Under the pieces are notes generated by a model. The model worked only from the letters and a program-made list of their open reading frames with translations. It did no database searches and was not told the origin of the DNA. From Macrostomum lignano (lineage: Eukaryota): 64,000 bases of DNA. Location of the stretch: assembly GCA_002269645.1 (NCBI GenBank), contig NIVC01000594.1, positions 434,001-498,000 of the forward strand, read 5' to 3'. Positions 12,307-27,334 of this stretch are shown in pieces (positions within the stretch are counted from its first letter, which is position 1; every line of letters starts with the position of its first letter). The translations under genes were made by a program, and so were the position numbers.

Positions 12307-15300
12307 ATGGATGCTAACACTGCAGCTGTGAGGTGAGCATTAGTATATTTCTAAATCTATTTTACTGACCTATGTTTGTAAATATACTTGATAAATCTGG
12401 TGGGTGCCATTTTTTCTGGGTGGGTGCCACTTTATCTGGGTGGGTGCCATTTTATCTGGGTGGACGCCATTTTATCTGGGTGGGTGCCATTATATCTGGG
12501 TGGGTGCCATTATATCTGGGTGGATGCCATTATATCTGTGTGGGTGCCATTTTATCTGGGTGGGTGCCATTTTATCTGGGTGGGTGCCATTATATCTGGG
12601 TGGGTGCCGTTTTATCTGGGTGGTTGCCATTATATCTGTGTGGACGCCATTTTATCTGGGTGGACGCCATTTTATCTGTGTGGGTGCCATTATATCTGTG
12701 TGGACGCCATTTTATCTGTGTGGGTGCCATTTTATCTGGGTGGGTGCCATTTTATCTGTGTGGGTGCCATTTTATCTGGGTGGGTGCAATTTTATCTGGG
12801 TGGTCGCCAGAACCTGGGGCGCCAGCAAGAAAGAGTTTGAACACTTAGGGCAGCTGAGTCACCAATAGCATTGCAATATTCTAACTTTTGTGCAATATCA
12901 CGAGTGTATGTACGTACATTGGGGTCTTTTTATAGCTGGCTCTGAATTATATGTGTAATCCACGGCCACGCTCACACGTGTAATATTAGAAATGGAATGT
13001 ATGAGGGTTTAAAATGAGCTAGAACTAATCTCAGTTATAGTCCCTATCAGTCCTTCCTTAGGCTAGAGATTGCCTCCTCAAGCAATCTGGTAAATTGCGC
13101 ATTCAAGTAGAACTTGATTACATTTCCCCCAGCCTTCTGCCTTCAATAGTGCTGTCATGGGGACGGCATACAGTAGCGACTGTTTCCGAATTTCCGATAT
13201 ATCTGCCGAGCATATAGTGAACTAGTGCAGCGCTATAGTTGGTTATCTTAGTCCCCTCAGGACAAATTTGCTCAGACCCCGCCGGCCTCGTGACCAAGAC
13301 TTGCGCCGCATGAATATAAAGCCTATGACGACGAGCTAGGGGAATACGGTTGAATGGACACAGGACAGTTGCCTGCACACTGCACTGCAGCAGCAGCAGC
13401 AGTATCTATCTATCTGTCTGCTGCGTATCGTATTGAAGCATGAAATTGGGATTTGGGAGCTTTTCTCCCCAGACCAGACGAGACGGCAGTCCAATATAGC
13501 TGATCCACCGACCGACCGACCGAAGTGCTCAGAAAAGCAGGCAACAGAAAGTCCAGTCAAGTTCGCTCCAATTCAAGCGAATCAGACTCCAGAACCAGAC
13601 AGACTCATACCCCATCCACGCCCAGTTCATTCCCCCAATGACACTGATTGCTAGTTTTGTTGTTTGGCGTTGGCATTGGCGATGTTTGCTTTGCCTTTGC
13701 CCCCCTCTCTCGGGCTTAGTTAGCTTGGCCTTGCATAATAAGTTGAGCCAAAGGCAGCCTGTGGGCTTCACATCCCAACAGTTAAGTTCTGGCAATCTGT
13801 TGCAATCTGGAAAAAGTCAATGAATGTACATTAAGCAGCGAGAGAGACCCTAACTAAGCTCTAAAGCCGATACACTTCCACTAACGAAATTAGTGTATTG
13901 ACTCTGGGTATGTACATATAGTTTGAGGTGGGGGCATGGGAAGTTCAGGCCTGGGGGTTAATAAAAACGACCGCTCTCAATTTAACAGCCAATTAAAAAA
14001 CAGCGCTCGGTGGGGGGCCCTTAACTTACTTAGCTTAGCTAGCATTTATTGCCTTTTATTGGATTGATAAAACGGTTAACTGTGTCGGTTATCCTCAACT
14101 TTGATAATAAAACAGTTAACCGTTATCTTTAACATGAAGCGATAGATGGGGTGGGCTAGCAAGACTTATTATTATTACGGAGTGACGAAGCGAAAACGTG
14201 TACTTTATTCAATGTACATTTATCAGGCCAATGCTGTTAATATACGCATAACAGGATCCAGCAGGCTTGGCGAGGCTGGCAGAATCGATCAGCAACTGAC
14301 GGCTCCTCCCTAGAAGAGGACGAAGCTGCTCAAACAACTTCTGGCTACATGAGCGCCAGTAGCAGCGCCGAACACGTGACCGTCTCAACAGCGGCGGCGC
14401 ATAAGTCGCCAAGGCCACCGCCGCCACCGAGGCGAAGCTGGACGTCGGCCGCGCTGCCGTTGAATTTGCATTGCTTCGGCGACAGCTCCGGCGACGCTTC
14501 GTCGGCGTCTTCGTCTTCCTTAGCCGCGCCGTCGCCGCCGCCGCCGCCGTTGTCGGTCGGAGCCTCGCGCACGGATCTGACCGGCAGCGTACAGGTGCCA
14601 GCCTATTGCGACTCCTGGCTGCCAGGCCTGTCGTCGGATTATCGGGTGAGTCAAACTTTCGAGAGATGTTCGAAAAGTGCACAAGGTACTTATTCATTAC
14701 TGGAATCACATTGTCGCATCCTTGCTTCTCCCCTCTATGCTAACACAGTCGGGTCCAGAAGCAGCCATGGAGCTGTGCTATCGAAACGATGCGGCCTCGG
14801 ATTTCGGTGATTTAAGCGATATCGACTGCGAAGCTGGAGGAAACGGCGGCGGCGGCGGAGGAGGATGGCAGCGATTCTGCAGGCCGTCGCTGCTTAAAAA
14901 CTCGGAGGTGATAATGATAATTAATAACTAATTACGCCTGCACTAATGGGCAGATATGCAACCGACAGCTTAGCCTGAAGGACTAGAGGGTCGCACTCCC
15001 AACTACCCCAGCTAATACTGGTGGGTGAAGTTGTGAACTGCAGCAATGCAGAGTTAAGTGTCCTGCTCAAGGGCACAAATTGTTTCAAGTGGGTTGAGAA
15101 TCGAACCCCCTATGTTTTAGGTCGTGAGTCCGACGCTCTAACCAGTAGGCTACAACCCCTATAGGTGATGAAGTTGTATATCGCTCGTAGGCTGTTTTAG
15201 TAAGATGCTAATCACTTCTATAATCACATGCTTATCGATTCATCAACAATACAACATGTACGAGCGTATATTGAATTCACCGATCTTTGATACTCTACTA

Positions 15301-18139
15301 TCTACTATGCTTTCTCGAATTTCAGGGCAGCCGATCTCAGCAGATCAGTGGAAAATCGGCCTCTAGATCATTGGTAAACCTATATTAGTCTACAACTCTG
15401 ACTGTGATTTTTGTGATACCCCGCGACTTAAAAATTCTCATAATCCTATATCTATAGACTCGCAGACCATTGGAGCCTGAACTGCTGGAAAGTCTTGGTC
15501 TCGACTGTAATCACGAGATTTTGTCTGTTCACACTCGACTTAGAGGCGAAGCCCAATTAGCACTGGCTCAGGTATATTCAGAATGTCTGCAAAATTTTTC
15601 ACAAACGGTGGATAGAATCTTTATAGTATCTAAGGATAAAAAAGGTTATAGACCAAAATCTACCATTAAATTTACGCGAGGAGATTAAAAGAAAAATGAA
15701 GAATTTAATCTACACTAGAAAGCGTAGAGAGAAAATCTAGGTTTCAATGTACACTAGAAGGGGTAGAGAAAAATCTAATGTACACAGAGGGGCAGAAAGA
15801 ATAATCGATAAAGAGCAGTGTACATAGAAGCGATAGCGAGAAGAATCTACCACTGTACACAGTGAGGTGGAGAAATTCACTTTTCTATATAAACAAACAA
15901 CTGTGTCCAAACTCCGCAAATCAGGCCAAGCCCATGGCCCGTATGCAGCTGCAGTTGGACAGCAGCCCCAGCGACGAGACCAAACTCCACGTTGCCGGCC
16001 CGAACCACCCTGTAGTCGTTTCAAACCGCGCCGGGTTCAACTGGCCCGGCCGTCTGTCCGAAAATGATCTGCTCTGCGCTAGTCGAGGCGCCTTGAAAAT
16101 GCTGCACCGATGCCTGCTGACTAAAATTGATGGTGAGAGTTCGATGCCCGACGCACATATCACATATCGAATATAAGTACGGGCTTATACTAGCCACTTG
16201 TAGATAACTTCGATAGATAGCAACTCACGCCATGGATCTTCAGCACAATCTGTGCGGTGTTGAATAGCCTAGATAATTATGTACTCAACAACATTAAAAA
16301 GTCGCCACCTTTGAGAGTGCGCAGTAAATTCTAGCTCAGTATTGACTTTTGAGTGACGCAACTTGCGTCACGCGACGCAGAGTTGGGTAAAGTCATGTGA
16401 CTTGATTGATTATCGATGGTAATTTTAAAGTCACGTGACTTGATTGATTATCGATGGTAATTTTAAAGTCACGTGACTTGATTGATTATCGATGGTAATT
16501 TTAAAGTCACGTGACTTGATTGATTATCGATGGCAATTTTAAAGTCACGTGACTTAATTGATTATCGATGGTAATTTTAAAGTCACGTGACTTGATTGAT
16601 TATCGATGGTAATTTTAAAGTCACGTGACTTGATTGATTATCGATGGTAATTTTAAAGTCACGTGACTTGATTGATTATCGATGGTAATTTTAAAGTCAC
16701 GTGACTTAATTGATTATCGATGGTAATTTTAAAGTCACGTGACTTGATTGATTATCGATGGTAATTTTAAAGTCACGTGACTTGATTGATTATCGATGGT
16801 AATTTTAAAGTCACGTGACTTGATTGATTATCGATGGTAATTTTAAAGTCACGTGACTTAATTGATTATCGATGGTAATTTTAAAGTCACGTGACTTAAT
16901 TGATTATCGATGGTAATTTTAAAGTCACGTGACTTGATTGATTATCGATGGTAATTTTAAAGTCACGTGACTTAATTGATTATCGATGGTAATTTTAAAG
17001 TCACGTGACTTGATTGATTATCGATGGTAATTTTAAAGTCACGTGACTTGATTGATTATCGATGGCAATTTTAAAGTCACGTGACTTAATTGATTATCGA
17101 TGGTAATTTTAAAGTCACGTGACTTGATTGATTATCGATGGTAATTTTAAAGTCACGTGACTTGATTGATTATCGATGGCAATTTTAAAGTCACGTGACT
17201 TAATTGATTATCGATGGTAATTTTAAAGTCACGTGACTCGCGAGCAGCTCAGTGATAAACGAGCCCGGCCTAGTTCGACGACAGCACAACAAGGCAAACA
17301 TCAAACAAAAACTAATTTTGTCGTTTAAAAAGCAAAGTGACTCTGGCTTTTTTACTGGCTGGGCAAAGAGCATTGCTTGCTTCATTTTTACATTCTGCCC
17401 CGAGATGCCTCGAGGATGAATCATTGATTAGTGGAATTGGTTATATCGTACAGCACTGGATCTGTACCAGAGAGAAATCTATATCGTAATGCCCACTTGG
17501 GTTGTTTCTACGGCAGGTATGATACAACTCCAGTTTTAGGCCCGAACTGTCTCACATGCATACTCCTGCAAACAGGATTGAATTAGTTAATCAGATTGAA
17601 GTGGGAAGTCTGGTTTAACACCCGTGCATGGATACACATTGCAGTAACTGTAACCTGGAATGAAGACAATTTTAACATTGACTTGATGGATCGGAGTGCA
17701 TGTCCCTGAACGAGAACATTATTTATACAGCAGAATTGATGTTGAAAATTAATTTTGAATGATCAGAGGTCGGACCTTTTCATTATACAATATACATGTA
17801 TACTTAGTGTACATTCAGCTTATTCCAAGCATCGAGTATGCTTCGTGCCCACGCGACACAAATCAATACGACCTCACAAATCCGCAGCATGCAACAGCGA
17901 GCTGGTCAACTGCCTTGTTGAGCGAGACGATCTGCACATGGAGCAGGACTCCCTGCTCATTGAAGTCGAAGATCTCACTCGGTAAGTCAATGTTTTCTTA
18001 TCGAGATTTTTTACAACGTAGTACTTGTATTTTCGATACATATCGGTCGAACAATTTCAGGCGAGCTAAAGAGGCAGCCAGACGCCTTAATGCGAAGGAG
18101 CTGGGAGGCTGGAGCGATTCATCAATTAATTGCAATTAA
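12307..18139 (+). CDS. SCHIP1: Schwannomin-interacting protein 1 homolog with N-terminal IQ motif (IQCJ-SCHIP1-like), about 372 aa, 8 coding exons
   Basis: Exons 12307-12332, 14255-14645, 14749-14907, 15326-15373, 15458-15571, 15925-16132, 17888-17981, 18061-18139; all GT-AG and phase-compatible (1119 nt). RLRGEAQLALAQ|AKPMARMQLQLD matches SCHIP1 [55 protein letters not shown] matches [39 protein letters not shown] matches LQICFVND. Exons 1+2 give MDANTAAVR|IQQAWRGWQNR. The start could lie further 5' (open frame back to an acceptor at 12276). Confidence 0.85.
12398..12803. repeat. Intronic minisatellite, 20-bp unit GGTGGGTGCCATTTTATCTG
   Basis: Starts about 65 bp after the SCHIP1 exon-1 donor; source of ORFs 12372..12868. 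Confidence 0.95.
14940..15159 (-). mobile_element. tRNA-derived SINE (CORE-SINE-like) in SCHIP1 intron 3
   Basis: The minus strand reads GGGGTTGTAGCCTACTGGTTAGAGCG (A box) ... GGTTCGATTC (B box, 15098-15107), then GTGCCCTTGAGCAGGACACTTAAC (15052-15076), which resembles the MIR/CORE segment GTGACCTTGGGCAAGTCACTTAAC. The 3' end is approximate. Confidence 0.6.
16390..17237. repeat. Intronic minisatellite, 38-bp unit AAAGTCACGTGACTTGATTGATTATCGATGGTAATTTT
   Basis: 22 perfect GTCACGTGAC copies at 16430+38n (last at 17228) plus one variant; in SCHIP1 intron 6. Confidence 0.97.
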
Positions 18140-18529
18140 ACAAAGTTGGTTCTGCATCGGCACTAAACTGAGGTTAAGTGCAACTGCGAGACTACAAAGA
18201 ATCCTTCAATCATAAAACAACATTTTAACTGGTCTACTTGAAGTAACACGGTTATAGATTTTCATATCCTTTGAATTGACTACGCAGACAAATGTTTTAA
18301 TTAGGGCTTAAATATTAGTTCAGTCTAGTATTTTTCATACACATAGACTCACTTCTTGTTCAGCCATTCTTGACAACTGTTACACTAAAGTACAATGCGA
18401 TATTTTATTTTTCGAAAGAAATTGCCAATGCGAAATTTAAATTAAATGAGTAATTTTTTGTGCCGAGGTTCCTGAGAAACACAAGATGCAAGTTAAGGGA
18501 TTTCAATTGTCTTAGTGAACGAAGATGCA

Positions 18530-18975
18530 ACCCAGATGATTCACAGCTGCAACCCAGCTGATTCACAGCTGCAACCCAGCTGATTCACAATTGCAATCCA
18601 GCTGATTCACAGCTGCAACCCAGCTGATTCACAGCTGCAACTCAGCTGATTCACAACTGCAAAATAGCTGATTCACAACTGCAACCTAGCTGATTCACAG
18701 CTGCAACCCAGCTGGTTCACAATTGCAACCCAGCTGATTCACAACTGCAACCCAGCTGATTCACAGCTGCAACCCAGCTGATTCACAGCTGCAACCCAGC
18801 TGATTCACAATTGCAATCCAGCTGATTCACAGCTGCAAAATAGCTGATTCACAACTGCAACCCAGCTGATTCACAACTGCAACCCAGCTGATTCACAACT
18901 GCAACCCAGCTGATTCACAACTGCAACCTAGCTGATTCACAGCTGCAACCCAGCTGATTCACAGCTGCAAAATAG
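18530..18975. repeat. Minisatellite, 22-bp unit GCTGCAACCCAGCTGATTCACA
   Basis: About 20 units; downstream of the SCHIP1 stop. Confidence 0.95.
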
Positions 18976-19496
18976 CTTATTCACAAGTAATTTAGATGCA
19001 ATGGTATCTAAACGAGATTGCATAATAAGTGTTCAGAACGTGAAACGAGGCAATGGCAAATAGATAAAGCAGATGAAAAAGTTTATATTTATACAATAAC
19101 AACAATTTACAAAAATCTTACTGTGCATAATCAACTGCTATTAGCATATTTAACTGGTAAACCCAGGATTAATACATTGGCTATACAAGCAATTGCAGAC
19201 ATAGATTTTAGTAAAAAAAAATTTAAATAAAAAATTACAAGCAAGGTAATACTTATAACTGTTGTTTGTTAAGCGAATAAAATTCGAAGTTTAACAAGAC
19301 GTCAATAGCAGGTAATGGTGTGCACATATTTATGAGATAACTGGTCGATCGAATTTGGGAAAATCAAATGGCTGGCTAAATGGGTTCAGGCCAGTTGCTA
19401 GGATATAATATCGTCAGCGCTGCGTCAGTGTAACATGGAAAACAATTTAACAAATATTGAATTGATTCATAGTGAAAAAAACTAATCCATCGACTA

Positions 19497-20248
19497 ACTT
19501 CTCAGTCAATCAAGTAACTTCTCAGTCAATCAAATGACTTATCAATCCATCAACTGACTTATCAATCCATCAAATGACTTATCAATCCATCAACTGACTT
19601 ATCAATCCATCAACTGACTTATCAATCCATCAACTGACTTATCAATCCATCAACTGACTTATCAATCCATCAACTGACTTATCAATCCATCAACAAACTT
19701 ATCAATCCATCAACTGACTTATCAATCCATCAACTGACTTATCAATCCATCAACTGACTTATCAATCCATCAACTGACTTACCAATCCATCAACTGACTT
19801 ATCAATCCATCAACAAACTTATCAATCCATCAACTGACTTACCAATCCATCAACTGACTTATCAATCCATCAACTGACTTATCAATCCATCAACAAACTT
19901 ATCAATCCATCAACTGACTTATCAATCCATCAACTGACTTACCAATCCATCAACTGACTTATCAATCCATCAACAAACTTATCAATCCATCAACTGACTT
20001 ATCAATCCATCAACTGACTTATCAATCCATCAACTGACTTATCAATCAATCAACTGACTTATCAATCCATCAACTGACTTATCAATCCATCAACTGACTT
20101 ATCAATCCATCAACAAACTTATCAATCCATCAACTGACTTATCAATCAATCAACTGACTTATCAATCAATCAACTGACTTATCAATCCATCAACTGACTT
20201 ATCAATCCATCAACTGACTTATCAATCCATCAACTGACTTATCAATCC
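19497..20248. repeat. Minisatellite, 20-bp unit ATCAACTGACTTATCAATCC
   Basis: About 37 units read directly. Confidence 0.95.
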
Positions 20249-20927
20249 ACAATTAAATTACCAATCGATCAATCGCTACTTGTTGGATTGGTTGATGAAT
20301 CAATGGAAATAGTTACAATAAATATTATACTCCAAATCAGTGCTCAAAGCAACTTGAGTCCCTAAAAACTATCATTACGATGAACTTTGAAAGACAGCAA
20401 GCCAAAGGTCAGGACCGTTTTGACATTTTAAAGAAAACACGAGGAAGACGCAAATGAAGCGACATCATTAACAGCACGGCAGCAGCTTCCAAGCTAGCAG
20501 GTTGACTCAACACAAAAGTTCAGTTCGCCATAAACAACTACACTGGGAATTTCAAAAGCAGCAAAGCTGACCATCGGTCTTCACTGGAAATACCCGTATT
20601 TGCAACTCTCATTCAAATTGATTATCAACTGCAACCCAGCTGATTCACAACTGCATATTACAAAAAGATAACGAATTAATTAACCAAGAGAAAGCAATGC
20701 TAAAGATTATAACAACAGCATTAAAAACAAGTTTCAATACTTGATTTTATCATGGGTTTTAAAGTATAGTTATTGTGAAACAAGGAAGCAAAGCATTACT
20801 GAGAACATATAAATAAGTATAATAATATTAGTAATATTAATAATAATAATAACAATAAGTATACAATATTAGTTTACAATCTGATGGAAAGCTCCATTAG
20901 ACAAAATTCGATACTCAAATCTCTGAT

Positions 20928-21125
<198 letters not shown>

Positions 21126-21176
21126 GATGGGGGAAAAACGATCAAATATACTATTACCACCGTTGTCATTATTATT

Positions 21177-26864
<5,688 letters not shown>

Positions 26865-27334
26865 AATACTAAATGTTTGCTTTGAAAAGACAGCAAAACA
26901 AATTGCTTTGTTAGTTAGTTTAGACAGTTTAGAAGTGATTAGTAAGATACTCAAGTCGTAACAGTCGCTGTTGTAATAGTTAAGTCGTGAAAAATTAACG
27001 AAAATACGCGAGCAGTCTTCTCATCCTGAAATCCTAGACGTAAATTATTATAATCTGACACTAAATTGTAATGTCGCGATAAAAGTTGTACTTTAAACAA
27101 ACTTTTAAACTTTGAAAACCCATTTAACAAGAAAGAGATTTTTCATTACTTACTAAGTTTTTTATTTGTTTTGAGACTAATTTAGTTTATAAAAAAACGC
27201 TAGGAGTTTTAAAGATACTGGTTGCTATCATAAGGCTGGAATTATTTGAGTAAAAAATATACCTTCATTTTTTACAACGCAACTGAAGTTGTTTAGACTA
27301 GACAGCAGATTTGGTGCGACTTACTAGGTCAGAA
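26865..27334. promoter_or_regulatory. Putative bidirectional promoter region between SHP2 (-) and NME8-like (+)
   Basis: The two start codons diverge 470 bp apart in AT-rich, repeat-free sequence. TSSs are unknown. Confidence 0.55.

Noticed and set aside
2064-12868. Long ORFs at 2064-3037, 5085-6490, 6798-7419, 7780-9749 and 12372-12868
   Set aside because: Periodic translations of stop-free tandem units, open in several frames and on both strands; no splice or domain support.
13118-13823. Short ORFs in SCHIP1 intron 1 as exons or LINE fragments
   Set aside because: No domain motifs and no phase-compatible splice sites that I could support.
16390-17237. CRISPR-like appearance of palindromic 38-bp repeats (also 42886-43290)
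   Set aside because: Units are head-to-tail with no unique spacers, no cas genes, and the context is eukaryotic.
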